A stretch of 64,000 nucleotides of DNA. Origin: Mytilus trossulus. Its lineage: Eukaryota. Shown in pieces: positions 9,201 through 22,419 of this stretch. The notes beneath the pieces were generated by a model that was not told the origin of the DNA, made no database searches, and worked only from the letters and a program-made list of their open reading frames with translations. A program made the translations under genes and the position numbers. The stretch covers positions 41,230,001 to 41,294,000 of the forward strand of contig NC_086375.1 in NCBI RefSeq assembly GCF_036588685.1. The letters run 5' to 3'. The number at the start of each line of letters is the position of its first letter. The stretch's first letter is position 1.

Positions 9201-10941
9201 TTTGCAGAGCCTGCGACTATTGTCACAGAGAGCTCGACATAGTGATAGAAATCTCGCGGCAGCAGTGATGGCTAACTTCTTGTAAGCTTATTTTAGAAGG
9301 TGGAAGAGCTTGATGCTTCATACTTTGTATATAGATGCCTCACGGCACAAAGTTTCCGTCAGTCACATATGTTCAATGTCCTTGACCTCATTTTCATGGT
9401 TCAGTGACTTATTGAAAAAAGTTAAGAATTTTTGTAATGTAAATTCTCTCTTATTAGAAGAAAAAGGATAACTTTATTTGGTATGTGTGTACCTTGCAAG
9501 GTTCTCATGCCCGTCAGTCAGTTTTCACTTTGTAGATCAGTGAACAAGGTTAAGTTTTGATGGTCAAGTCCATATCTCGGATACTATTAGCACTAGGTCT
9601 AGTATATTCGGTGTATGGAAGAACTGTAAGGTGTTCATGTCCAACTGGAACTGTCACCTGACCTTGACCTCATTTTCATGGTTCAGTGGTAATAGTGAAG
9701 TTTTTTGTGATTTGGTCTGTTTTTCTTATTCTGTATGCAATAGGTTTACTATATTTGGTGTATGGAATGATTGTAAAGTGTTCATGTCTAGCTGGCAGGT
9801 GTCATCTGACATTGACCTTATTTTCATGGTTCAGTGGTCAAAGTTTAGTTTTCTTGGTTAATGTTAAGTTTATGTGACAGTTGTAATGAAGCTTTATCTT
9901 AAGGCCTATCAGTTTTTGTGTTTTGGTCTTTTTTCTTATACTATATGCAATAGGTCAACTTTATTTGTTGTATGGAAGAATTGTTAGCTGTACAAGCTTG
10001 CGTGGCACGATTCATCTGACCTTGACCTCATTTTTAGCTCACCTGGCCCGAACAGCCAAGTGAGCTTTTCTCATCACTTGGCGTCCGTCGTCATCTGTCG
10101 TCGTTAACTTTTACAAAAGTTTTCTCCTCTGAAACTACTGGGCCAAATAAAATCAAACTTGGCCACAATCATCATTGGGGTAACTAGTTTAAAAATTGTG
10201 TCCAGTGACCCGGCCAACCAACCAAGATGGCCGCCATGGCTAAAATAGAACAAAAGGGTAAAATGCAGTTTTTCGCTTATAACTCAAAAACAAAAGCATT
10301 TAGAGCAAACTGATTGGGGGGTTGATATTGCTCATCAGGTCAAGAACTATCTACTCTGTTCGGATGAATTGGACAACTGTTTGTTAGAGTGCTGCTCCTG
10401 AAATGGTAATTTTATTGAAATTTTGCCGTTTTTTTGTTATTATCTTTAATATTATTATAGATAAAGATAAACTGTAAAAAGCAATAATTTACAGCAAAGT
10501 AAGACCTAAAAATAAGTCAACATGACCAAAATGGTCAATTGACCCCTTAAGGAGTTATCACCCTTTATAGTCAATTTTAATCAATTTTCATAAAATTTGT
10601 ACTAACATTTTCCACTGAAACTACCGGGCTAATCATTATAGGTAGAGATAATTGTACGTAGCAAGAATTTTCAGTAAAGTAAGATGTACAAACACATCAC
10701 CATCACCAAAACACAATTTTGTCATGAATTCATCTGTGTCCTTTGTTGAATATTCACTTAGACCAAGGTGAGCGACACATGCTCTTTAGAGCCTCTAGTT
10801 TTAGTTCATTAGTCAATGTTTAGTTTTCTTTGTTAATGTAAAGGTTATGTGACAGTTGTAATAAAGCTATCAATTTAGGACTTTCGGCATAATATCAAGG
10901 ACTAATAAAAAAGGCGAGACATTTGAGCGTGTGCAATCTGA
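9201..10941 (+). mobile_element. Helentron-type non-autonomous element with ~150-bp tandem units (outer element of a nest)
   Basis: The 5' end gcagagcctgcgac...gagctcgac and 3' end aaggcgagac...gcgtgtgca resemble the element at 4833-5708. The unit gacct(c/t)attttcatggttcagtg repeats at ~9385, 9666 and 9815, and is interrupted at ~10025. Confidence 0.75.
10033..10800 (+). mobile_element. Second Helentron-type element nested in the previous one
   Basis: Starts tttagctcacctgg...aagtgagc and has a GTC microsatellite. Ends aaggtgagcgacac..gctctttagagcctctagtt (subterminal IR plus 3' hairpin). It splits the host unit cctcattt|...gttcattagtc in a T-run. Confidence 0.8.
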
Positions 10942-11329
10942 TTTCTAAATCGTTGTAAAAATCTGCAAACTCAAGTACATGTATTTCAAACATTTTATGT
11001 AAGTATCAAAACAATGAATAAAAGAAACTGGTTAACACTTTATTGAGTTAGGGAAAAAAAATAATAATGAATGTTCTTCAGTTTAGTCATTTAAACATCG
11101 TGTTGTTTATTCTTTATTCTCTAGATTTTTATGTTTTGTCATGTGTACTATAACTACTATTGTTTGTCTGTTTGTACTTTTCATTTTTAGCCATTGCGTT
11201 TTCAGTTCATTTTCGATTTATGAGTTTGACTATCCCTCCGGTATCTTTCGTATATCTTTTATAATTCTTAGAAAACGTACACCAATTGAAGTCATGTACT
11301 GATTTCCTTTTTGCAGAGTTTTCAAAGAG

Positions 11330-11625
11330 GGTATCACCAGCCCAGCAGTCAGCACTTCGGTGTTGACATGCATATCAATTTTATGGACATTTTATAAATT
11401 TCCTGTGTAAGAGTTTTTCGAAAAACTAAGGTTTTTCTTATTCCAGGCATAGATTACTTGAGCCATATTTTTGCAAAACATTTTGGAATTTTGGGTTCTC
11501 AAAGCTCTTCAGCGTTGTATTTGTTTGACTTACGAACTATTTTGATCTGAGTGTCTGATGAGTCTAATGTAGACGAAACACGCGTCTAGCGTATTAAATA
11601 ATTATCATGGTATCTTTGATAATTA
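11330..11625 (+). repeat. Interspersed repeat ending in a hammerhead-ribozyme motif (Penelope-associated type)
   Basis: Its 3' part recurs in reverse orientation at 24531-24648 and, more decayed, at ~37530-37620. Confidence 0.6.
11548..11593 (+). ncRNA. Minimal type I hammerhead ribozyme motif
   Basis: Core CTGATGA (11555-11561), stem II gtct-aatgt-agac, GAAA (11575-11578), a short near-palindromic stem III cacgcg, and cleavage triplet GTC (after 11586). Stem I is degenerate in this copy. Confidence 0.7.
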
Positions 11626-11675
11626 TTTCCTATTTGGTTCTATATTCAAACAATAATCTGAATAAATCATAAAAA

Positions 11676-13341
11676 CTACATTACATTGTACAAGACACAC
11701 TCATCCTCATCACACAAAAGTAACATTTGTTTGTCTTTGTTGTAGTGCAATGACAATGGATTGATTAAACCATCAGTTTGGATAGAAGTGTTCTACTTGA
11801 CTTCCCGTCATGTTGTATAACTATCAGAGATTTCGACCCTTGATCAATAACAAATACATTTTGATGATCATCCACAGTGCCACTCGTGCTGACTAAAGCT
11901 TCCTCCTTCCGAACCCATATTTCTTCACATGTCATTGAAATACAATGTACAGTATGGTCTCTTGCGTTGGTAACATACATTCTATCATTGATGGTTCCTA
12001 TGTATGCTCCACAACTTGAGTTAAGATTTTTTAGTACTTTTCCCGCAATATTTGTTATAACAATGCAATTTTGTATTCTAATTATAAAACCTTTGTTGTC
12101 CTGGTATGATATGCTAAAGCAGCGGCTATTTAAGTTAACTTTCTGAACGTTAGTATTGTTCTTTATATTCAAAATATCTATGTTATTATCGCTACTATTT
12201 CCATAAGTAACAGCAATACGTTCAGCGTCCATGACTGTTACGTCAAATGTTGGTTTCGAGCATGGTATGTCACGGATATGTTCACCTTCCTCACTATATT
12301 CCATCAATACGCTTGGTCCGTAAAAATTAGCAATCAACACATTACCATTTGTTAACATTGTACATCCAGTCATCGAAAGCCCCCAGAAGTCATTTTTCAC
12401 TTTAAATCTCTTTTTCAATCGCAAATAGATGTGATCAATGCTTTTCATATCGAACACTCGCAGCTGTATCTGGGCTTGATCTACATTTGATCCCTTGAAC
12501 GGTAGACAGGTTGTAGTCTTTTTAAAGAATATGTTCCCGAGCTGACCAACTTCATTCATTAACGTGGTGATAGTAGTGTGTAACTGTAAGTATATTTCAT
12601 AGTTCGGTACTGAATTGATTCTTTCCCTTACGGCTTCTATCTCTTTGTTGACTGCTCCATTAATCTGACGCGTTCCAAAGAAAAGTTGAATGTCGGATGC
12701 GAATGATTTCAATTGCAATGTTTGCTCTCTCAGACAACCTAAATGTTGTTCTGATTTTTTCAGACGGTTTAGAAGTTTGTTTAGATCGGATGTGCAGTTA
12801 TGTGTTTTGTGTCTAATTCAACAAGAAGATTGTGTTCAAATTCCGCCAACCTTTTCACTAGGCTGACTCGAATGTTATTGAATTTATTTTTGATGGTTTG
12901 CTTATGATCTTCAAAATTTGCCAACGCTGAATCACGATCGGTAATGATTTCTTGAAGATTTTGTAATGTTCTGGTTAAAGTTTCCTCTAAATCAGCCAAC
13001 GCAGTTAAACTTTTAGCATTTTCAGAAGCTTTATCTAAAGGAATGACATCAGAGCATGCTTTATGACGAGATATACAACCTAAACATACTGCAACATCAT
13101 GTGTTTTACAGTACAGCTCAAGTCGCCTGTCATGGTCTTTACAATTAAAGCTAACAGTAATATTTTGTATCTGCCGGAAGTCTTCAATGGATATAAGCCT
13201 GTTGTCACGTAATGTTTTGATAGATTTATGAACCTTTTCACAATCTGCGCATAATCCCTCTTCACAAACTGTACACCAGTTTTCTGCGTTTTTCTCATTT
13301 TCTGTATAACCACAGGGACCGCAAAGAATCAAATCGGACAT
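11676..13341 (-). pseudogene. RING-less B-box/coiled-coil/beta-propeller (TRIM-like) gene, copy 1, frameshifted
   Basis: Collinear with the intact copy 33462-35120. It has 1-nt deletions at ~12801 and ~11778; the restored C-terminus ...DGLINPLSLHYNKDKQMLLLCDEDECVLYNVM* ends at 11676. The final B-box1 His is replaced (LRDNRL). An acceptor (ttcaacag) lies 10 nt before the ATG. Confidence 0.88.
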
Positions 13342-13819
13342 AGTTTAATACCTGTTGAAACAAATGTGTTACTTAATGTATTATTTGCTTTATTTTTTTT
13401 AAATGGTATACAAAAAAGTAGAATAACAAGAATACAGAACTCTTTAAACAAAATCGAAACATCAAAAGATCAAATACATTAACATGTGAGAAATTACAGA
13501 CATGGTACAGACATGGCACAGACATTTCCTTAGCAAAACAACACGATGACTGATTTATGATAAACAAGCCACGGCAAAAAGTATTACAAAAAAGAATGAA
13601 TATTCAAGGTTAAAAACTATACGAAGGCTAATAAGATGAACTCAATAACAAATAGTAAAGATGATTAACAAAACCAGTACCTAGAATGTATAATTTAAGA
13701 CTATTATGTATTATTTGTTAAGTTGATATTAATCAACAAGGTCTTAGTATCTTTTGATTACAAAAAGGAAGTTTTATAAAGTCTGAGCAGCAGCTTAAAC
13801 TCTAGAATATTTCATAAGT

Positions 13820-14110
13820 TGGGGAAAAAGTAAATCACAAAAATACTGAATTCCGAGAAAAATTCTAAACGGAAAGCCCCCAACCAAACGACAAAATCAA
13901 AGGATACAATGCATAAAACGAATGGACAACAACTGTCATATTCCTGACTTGGCACAGGCATTTTCAAATGTAGAAAATGGTGGATTGAACCTGGTTTTAT
14001 TGCGCTTAACCTCTCACTTGTATGACAGTCGCATCTAATTTAATAATATTGATAATGATGCGTGAACAAAACTAACAGACATAATAGGTAAAAATGTCAC
14101 AAATAAAGGT
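13820..14110. repeat. Interspersed repeat family (related copies ~42980-43230 inverted and ~45950-46145)
   Basis: Shared core gacaacaactgtcatattcctgacttgg...tgtagaaaatggtgg. Confidence 0.6.
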
Positions 14111-15974
14111 AAAAAGTCTATTTCGGTATGTTTTTTTTTAAACCGACCCTCATAGTCAATTTCAAGATATAAATCCTAAACGAAGTGATAACAACTAATA
14201 CAGATGAGATTGGTATGCTACTGCTAAGGTAGGGGAAAATAATAATTACAAAATAAAAAAGGTCGCGTGTGTTGTAAAGTTTTAAACTGACATGACCAAT
14301 TATGTCCAATTCAAGGTTTAAGTCTAAAAACTAGGTTGAATAAGGCGTGTCTTACCTAAAATTTCTTGTTTTGAATATTATATCAATGGAACGCAATCAG
14401 CAAAGTTTTGATTGTTGATATTAAGAAAATCATCAATATACCTGTTTTTGGAATTAAGTGATCTAACGCATTTGATCTCCTTGTTTTAACAAGTGTCTGA
14501 GGTTACTCCGACTAATAAGAAAATAAGAAAGGTCGTCAATGAGAGGCACACAGTTCTTCCCATAGGACTGACGCAATTTTTTGGAAACAGTGTATTTCTA
14601 TATTTAACAAAGATATTACGAAACTCCAGCATTCTGATAAGTTGTTCCTCGGTGTAGTATGATGTAGATTTTTAAATGGTACCATTTTTATATTGTAAAG
14701 CATAGTGGATTATTGATACTTTAGACGTTTTATCAATTTGGCATTGGGAATGATGATATTGCATGATGAAAAATTAACGGTTTTGATAAAAAGAAAAAGA
14801 TCGAGATTAAAAATTTTCAAGAAGTTTTTTCCAAGGGTTTTAAGAGTCGCATATGCTATAAACGACGATGCAAGTAAACATTTTCAGAGTATTTTTGAAT
14901 ACAAAATTTTACTGTACCCATGATGATAACGAAATTTGGTATCCAACGAATAATAATGAAGCCACAGTATATTGATACTGTATCGCCTGGATTATAGATG
15001 CCAAACCCTAAACACATGACCATATAACAAAAGAGATACGAGATATGCGTCTTAGAGACGACAAATCATAGACTTTCAGAAACCAGTTACATTTTTTAAT
15101 GATACCTTTAATTATTTCCGGTCGAAGGTATATATATTTGTTAACATTGGCAACTGTATAAATGTGAAACAAGGAAATCAATCATCATGATCAAATAAAG
15201 AAAAATGGAATACAAGTATACATATATTACACAAAATTGTCGCAAATGTCTTTTTCTCCGTCTAGTAATTGAAACTTGTGAATGCAGATAAAAAAAATAA
15301 CGTAAATACCTTTACTGTTTTCGTTGAAAGACTGTGTCATTTGGTTGTCAAGGGCAAGGTTAAGTCTCCTGGTATAATAATGACACCTGGGTTTTTAAAT
15401 AGTTTAAAAGGAAGTTTGCATAAATTGAGTTATGTTACATCTGCGTATCTAGAGCAAAATAAATTCCTCTACTAGTATTATACAGCAGCAAGTATTATTC
15501 AGATAAAAAGTCTAAATACTAAGTCAGCCCAATAACACATATAGGAAATATTTACGAAATGTTTTATAGTTTCAGAGAGAAAATTGTGTAAATGGTAGAA
15601 GCAGTTTAGTCTTTTTACAGTGTTAATATTCAAACGTGTAGCAACGAGTTATGTGTTTCGTACATCGCATGATGATTATGAGCTGCACGATACTTCCAAT
15701 AGTTCTCACTTTTAATTTGTACATGTCATTATACTTTCTCCGTCAGTGTTTGAGCAAACTTGCGGTTGTTTGATAAAACAAAAACCGCTTCAGACGCACG
15801 GCATTCATAAGGTTTTCATCTCCACACAGAAAATAAGAATTTAGGGGTAATGTATATAACATTTTACCAAAATAACACAAATCAGAACGTACCTACATTT
15901 ATATAATCTTTACAAAGTTCGAGGTTTTGTTGTGAATTGTCTGAATAGTATCGAAATTGTAAAATGCATTTTTG

Positions 15975-16240
15975 CGCCTGTCCCCAGTCAGGAGCCTATA
16001 GCCTTTGTTAGTCTTGTATTTATTTTTAATTTTAGTTTCTTGTGTACAATTTGGAGTTTAGTATGACGTTCATTCTCACTGAACTAGTATATATATTTGT
16101 TTAGGAGCTAGCTGAAGGACGCCTCCTTCTGTGGGAATTTCTCGCTGCATTGAAGACCTGTTTGTGACCTGCTGATGTCTGTTCTATGGTCGAGATGTTG
16201 TCTTTTTTTACACATTCCCGATTTCCATTCTCGATTTTAA
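15975..16240. repeat. Interspersed repeat family (related copies ~38475-38695 inverted and ~61430-61700)
   Basis: Shared core tttgttagtcttgtatt...tttggagtttagtatg...gctgaaggacgcctcc...atttccattctc. Confidence 0.65.
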
Positions 16241-17005
16241 TGTCTAGTAGTTTTAGATAATAAAAAAACCCATCAAAGATAACAGGCTTAGTAATTAGCT
16301 TAGATATGAAATAAAAGAGTTATACTTAGTTCGTTTTGAATAAATTAAGAAATCACTTGGTATGTATTTCTTTTTAGGTTACTTTGTAAACACGACAAGA
16401 CAAAAATTAAGCCAACGTTAATACCACTATAGACAATGATAGACACTACTGCAAAGTTTATTTTCCATTTAAAGAAGCGCTTACTTAAACAACCAAAGAC
16501 GTAGAAGTTGTTAAAAATGCAAATGGTACTTTATTATTCAGAACGATTTGAATAGGCAACACATCTATTTGGATTGATTGTTGCTAACCTTTACTGTTTA
16601 ATCACTTTTTGGTAATATCGGCTGACAATTGTTATCTTAACATTTTTTTTATAGCTTCAGTCTTGTTGGCGATTGTTCTTCCCTCTATCTATTTCAGTTT
16701 TTAAAATTACCTTTTATTGTCCATCGTTTGAAATATTAAGAGTAAAAAAAAATTGGGTAGAAATTATATTTCAAGTTTGAGGGAGCCGTCTCCGTCTATA
16801 ATAATTCTGGAGATACTAGCTTAAAACATGAGTTGACTCCTATGTTTTATTTTAAGTTTGTTGGCTTTAAAAACTAAATTTGTATACTGGTTACCCTCAA
16901 CGAATTTGCATATTTTGAACCCAATCATTTATAATCAGTGATTTCCAAAAGTCACGCATTGGCTTGTTTGATTCTTTTATTCATACGAATGGATGAAAGA
17001 TATAA

Positions 17006-18678
17006 CTACTCAAAATTGTATAGGGCAGCAAACTCATGGTTGTTGCACAAGAGTAATACGTTTTTTCCTTTACTGTAGTGCAATGTTTGCGGTTGATCTA
17101 GACCATCAGCTTTGGTAAGTATCGTTTTACTAGAACTCCCGTCATGTTGAATTACTACTAGAATTTTAGATTTGATATCTACAACATAAACATTTTGATG
17201 ATCATCAACAGTGATTCCCTTAGGACCCACTAAAGATTCCTCCTTATGCACCCATATTTCCTCACCGGTCATGGAGATACAATTTACGGTATTATTTCTT
17301 TCGACTGTGAAATAAATTCTATCTACAGCTGTTTCTAAGTATAATCCACATTCAACATCTAATTTGCCCAACACTTTCCCCAGCATATAAGTTATTACAA
17401 TGCCATCTTCGATAATAATTAAACAATCTGTTGTCCTGGTATGATATTCCATAGCATTTGTTTTTTAATTTAGCTCTCTTCTCAATCGTATTGTTCTTTA
17501 TATTGCAAATTTCTATGTACTGACTTAATGATCCATATGTAACAGCAATACGGTTAGAATCAATGACTGATATATCAAACGGAGATCCAGATAATTTGAT
17601 GGTACGAATATGTTTACCTTCTTCATTATACTCCATCAGATTATTGTCTCCTTTATAATCAGCTATCAACAAACTACCATTTCGTAACATAGTACATCCC
17701 GACAGCCATGTTAAAAAACTTGTTTTTTTTCACTTTGAATCTTTTCTTCAACTGGAGACCTATTTGGCTAATACTTAAGATATTTGGCTCAAGAAGCTGT
17801 ATTTGGGCCTGATCTGCCTTTGCTTCCTTAAACGATAAACAAGTGGTAGTCTTCTTAACGGAAATTTTCCCGAGCTTATCTACATCATTTTTTATCAACA
17901 TAATTGTAGGATTTAATTTTAAAAACATTTCATAATTCTGCATATACTTAATCCATTCCTTAACTGACTCTATTTCTTTAAACACAGCTTCATTAATCTG
18001 GCGCGTTCCCAGGAAAAGCTACACTTCGGATGCGAATAATTTCAATTGTTTTGTTCGTTTTCTCCAACAACTTAAATCACGTTCGCAATTTTTAAGACGA
18101 GTAAGAAATTTGTCATTGTCGGATTTACAATTACCATATGTCTTGTCTAATTCAAGGAGTAGTTTGGTCTGTAAGTCATCCAACTTTTTCATTATTCTTG
18201 CTCTTGTATCATTTATTGTATTTTTGATATCTTGCCTCTGGTCATTCAACAGTTCCATAGCCGAAACACAATCGGTAATGATTTGCTGAAGATTTTGTAA
18301 CGTGCTTGAAAAAGTGTCCTCTAAATCAGCCAATGCAACTGAACGTTTAACATTTTTAGCAGCTTGATCTAAAGGAATGACATCAGGGCATGTCATGTGA
18401 TGAAATGGAATGCAACCTAAACAAACTGCAATATCATGTGTTTTACAGTACAGTTCAAGTTGCTTATCGTGATCCTGACAGTCAAGATTGACAGAAATAT
18501 CTTTTATTTGTCGGTAGTCTTCGATTGATATAAGCCTGTGATTTCGTGATGATTTTATAGATTTGTGAACCTTTTCACAATCTGCGCATAATCCCTCTTC
18601 ACAAACTGTACACCATTTCTTTGCGCTTTTATTCTCTTTAGCATAACCACAGGGACCACAAAGAGTAAATTCCGACAT
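17006..18678 (-). pseudogene. RING-less B-box/coiled-coil/beta-propeller (TRIM-like) gene, copy 2, disrupted
   Basis: Two intact B-boxes. An in-frame TAG at 18019-18021 replaces the Gln of paralogs (ASEV*LFLG). Frameshifts occur at ~17720-17730 (T-run) and ~17425. The C-terminus is ...DGLDQPQTLHYSKGKNVLLLCNNHEFAALYNFE*. Confidence 0.88.
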
Positions 18679-19284
18679 GTTGTTATATCTGAAAAATGCA
18701 TTTTTATTATTTTACAGATTGTTGCTATGATAAGAGATTAAATGGAATGAGATTTTTACGTTTGTCTGTCATGGATAATCGCAATCGTATTAGTATCTGA
18801 AATGCATTGATTGTAGCACGATATGACGTGCATGACCAGTCTTCAATCCGGACTATTTCTTTTCGCAGCGAGGTTATTTTTCTATGTCATTTACGCAAAT
18901 GATAATTAGCTAAAAAAAAATAGCTTGTATAAATATATTTAATAATAGTAACAATCGATATATTTATTAATATAAGACATATTAACAAGTGACAAAATAT
19001 TTCAAAGACTAGAAAATTTTAAACCATATGTCATCTAAATACCAATCCAAATATTTATTATGATTTTGAAATATATAATTATAATTTTTGCTGATTTCAT
19101 GAATGATAAAATGTAATTTTACCTTTCGAAAATTTACCTCATTTATCAAAGAATTTTGATAATGTTCTAAACAATCATTTATTTTCGAAATAAAACTAAT
19201 TCAACATGTCCACTGAGAGTTGTTTGCTTGAATATTCGAAAACATAGCACATAAACTAAAAAGTATAAAACAGCAAGTTAGAAC

Positions 19285-19720
19285 GAAATTCAAAACAGTG
19301 TGGCTGTGGCCATTGATTGACACATTAAATTCATCCATTGACTAGGACAATTTAGGTGAACGTTTGTATGTAACGACCACTGCTCACTATGCACTTTTAA
19401 AAGACTCTTAAACTATGGGGTCACCAAAGGTTCTCAACACCTAAGTAAAGTAATTCGAAAAATTAATCAGAAAAAAACACGATGTTTTGATTTATATCAA
19501 TTATATAAATCAAAACATAAAGATTATTCCTGATGAATTTTTCGAATTATTTTATAATTAAAGGCGTTTAGAAACCTTTGGTGACTCCACAGTTAAAATG
19601 TCTATTGTAGGTACGTCGTGAACAGTGGTCGTTACAGACAAACGTTCACGTAAATTGTTCCAGTCAATGGATGAATTTAACCTGTCAATCAATAGCCACA
19701 GCCACACTGTTTTGAATTTC
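19285..19720. mobile_element. Fold-back MITE: ~436-bp imperfect palindrome
   Basis: gaaattcaaaacagtgtggctgtggc... at 19285 pairs with ...gccacagccacactgttttgaatttc ending at 19720. Complementarity continues to a centre near 19500 (gttttgatttatatc-aatt-atataaatcaaaac). Confidence 0.85.
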
Positions 19721-21119
19721 AACTTATTAATTTCATGTCTCCAAAGCGTTGTTTTGTGGATTTACTTTCATCACGAACGCCCAAAGCCAAATATTTGATT
19801 GCTGAGGATGACTAATGAATAAAAAGTAGGCAAATCCAAATAAAGAAAAGTTTGTCTAAACGATTAAAATTTAGTTATAAGATTTAATTGGGCATGTGAG
19901 TTGATCATGATGAAGAACGGAAAATATAGGACTGGTAGTAAAACATATGTATTTAACAGTACAAAAAAATGAACTGGACAACTCCATCTAAAAGAGGGAC
20001 ATAAGATAACAGAGGTTCATTCAATTCATAAATTAGAAATAGATAAATAAACTGACAATAATAATTTAGAAAGAGGTTTATTAGAGCTTTTGGAAGACAC
20101 AGCAATAGTTTGTACGGACATATATGTAGTTTAAGTATCAAATACAGTAATGAAAGACCCAGTGTATCGTCTATATTTGAAAGAACTGTTAAAGTGTTGT
20201 TTTCGACTCGTCTCTAACACATAAGGAGTACATAACTCGCGATTGCCTCTAAAACTGGGCAGCAAATTTATACTAGACATTATCTAGATATATGAAAAAA
20301 CAAAAGTTTATCATCAAATACAATTTCAAATGACTTCAATCCTCTGTGAAATCTTTCAGCCTTGTCTTTGACGAAAAAATACTCACTAGAGATATATTTC
20401 TTAAATCTCTATTTCTCAAGTTGGATTCATATTGAATAAATTCAATTGAAAATTACCAAATAGTTTTGATATAAAACCTTCAATAAGACGTGAATGTATG
20501 AAAATGAATTAAGACCATAAACACAAATTCTTCATCAAAATGTAAAAAAGTGTCAAAAATATATATTTTTATGAAAATATTATAAAAATGTGCCGTTTTT
20601 TGTGTAATGTCTTCTTCACACTACCAGATACATAGTTTGACAATGCATAATTTCGATGTGTGCTAAATTACCTTCAAAGTCAGCTCATATGGCAGCATCC
20701 ACATCATCATTAATCCCACATTATCCAACAGATGTCACCAAGAGATACACTATTTAAAAGTGCGCAGATATATATAGTTAAAAATTGACGACATAAGTAA
20801 TTTATTGTTTTTATCAATCAATGTAATGTAGTAGTTGTTTTTGAAATTCAATACTTCGATTTTGATGCATGTATAAAAGTTGCAGATTTCATTCATATAT
20901 TTGAGTCTTTGAGTTGCTGTTAACTTTAAGTATAATCCAATCTTTTATTATTCCCAATACTTACCCTGCTGTCGTTTTACCTAATTCGTCGTTTGTCATT
21001 TTTCCAAGCTTACATGCAACTCAATTGATTTTAATGATAAAAAAAGCCAGGTGAAACTCCGAACCAAAAACAATACACGTACAATCTATCATGCAGCCAA
21101 AAAGGAGGAACTTAACTTC

Positions 21120-21620
21120 GAGTACTCTCAGATCTGTTCATTGTGTCTTTTTGTGTCGGGATGTATAAGAACCCGGCCACGTTCACTTGTATTTTTTTTG
21201 TCTATCTGATGAGTTAAGCCTTTTTCAACTGATTTTTATAGTTCGTTCTTATGTTGTACTGTTATACCACTGTCCCAGGTTAGGGGAGGGTTGGGATCCC
21301 GCTAACATGTTTAACCCCGCCACATTATTTATGTATGTGCCTGTCCCAAGTTAGGAGCCTGTAATTCAGTGGTTGTCGTTTGTTTATGTGTTACATATTT
21401 GTTTTTCGTTCATTTTTTTTTACATAAATAAGGCCGTTAGTTTTCTCGTTTGAATTGTTTTACATTGTCTTAGCGGGGCCTTTTATAGCTGACTATGCGG
21501 TTTGGGCTTTGCTCATTGTTGAAGACCGTACGGTGACCTATAGTTGTTAATGTTTGTGTCATTTTGGTCTTTTGTGGATAGCTGTCTCATTGGCAATCAT
21601 ACCACACCTTCTTTTTTATA
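21120..21620. repeat. High-copy interspersed repeat (other copies ~23340-23790 inverted, 24160-24900, 32280-32550 inverted, 35910-36580, 61170-61420, 63880-64000)
   Basis: Near-identical blocks such as gagtactctcagatctgttcattgtgtc...tgggctttgctcattgttgaag...tctcattggcaatcataccaca recur across the window. Confidence 0.8.
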
Positions 21621-22419
21621 TTCACTTACCATTCATTAAAATTCTATTTTTTTATTTATCTTTTTGTTTTGCCATTTGTAAAGAAACTTTCTGTTTTGAA
21701 ATTTCCTTGTAGTTCGGTATTTTTGTTATTTTTCTTTTTTTATGTCAACATTGACGGACTAGACATGTATACCATATAACAACTCTATAGACTTGAAAGC
21801 GTTTAGATGTCATCAAACAAATTTCAATACTTCACAACGACCTTGGTCATTGATTTTGTTTGTTACCTAGATTAAATGTGTTTTCTTGATGTTCTTGAAG
21901 AATTTCCAAGTTATAAAAATCGGTAAAATAAGAATAAAAACAAATTATCACTTTCATGCGTCCGAAGTACCGTTCTGGATATAGCCTCATCGAGCCTTTG
22001 TAAGCATACATTTACCAATATGAATGTTTAACACTACTGGACAATTCATGTTCAATATCAACAAAATCATGCAGACCCAAAGGGCGACATTAGTCAACCA
22101 AGTTACACAAAACTAATAGTTTTTTTTTTGTCTTTGTCGTTTTGTAATGCACTTGGTCTTTTCATTCCATCACTTTTATTTGGTAATTTTCTGCTGGATT
22201 TTCCGACTTTTGTACTACTGTTAGTACGTTTCACTTGGTATCAACATTAAACACATGTTGATGATCATAAAATGTGTTGACTAAAGAAGAATCCATCTAA
22301 TGTACCAATATTTTCTTTTCGGATATGCAATTTACAGTTTTGTCTCGTTCTACGATATCATATATTCTATTTATTGTAGTTTCTTAGTATAATCCACTGG
22401 CAGTCAATATCTAATGCGT

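Noticed and set aside
21200-21240. CTGATGAG at ~21206 and ~36178 as hammerhead cores
   Set aside because: No stem II/GAAA/NUH arrangement follows.
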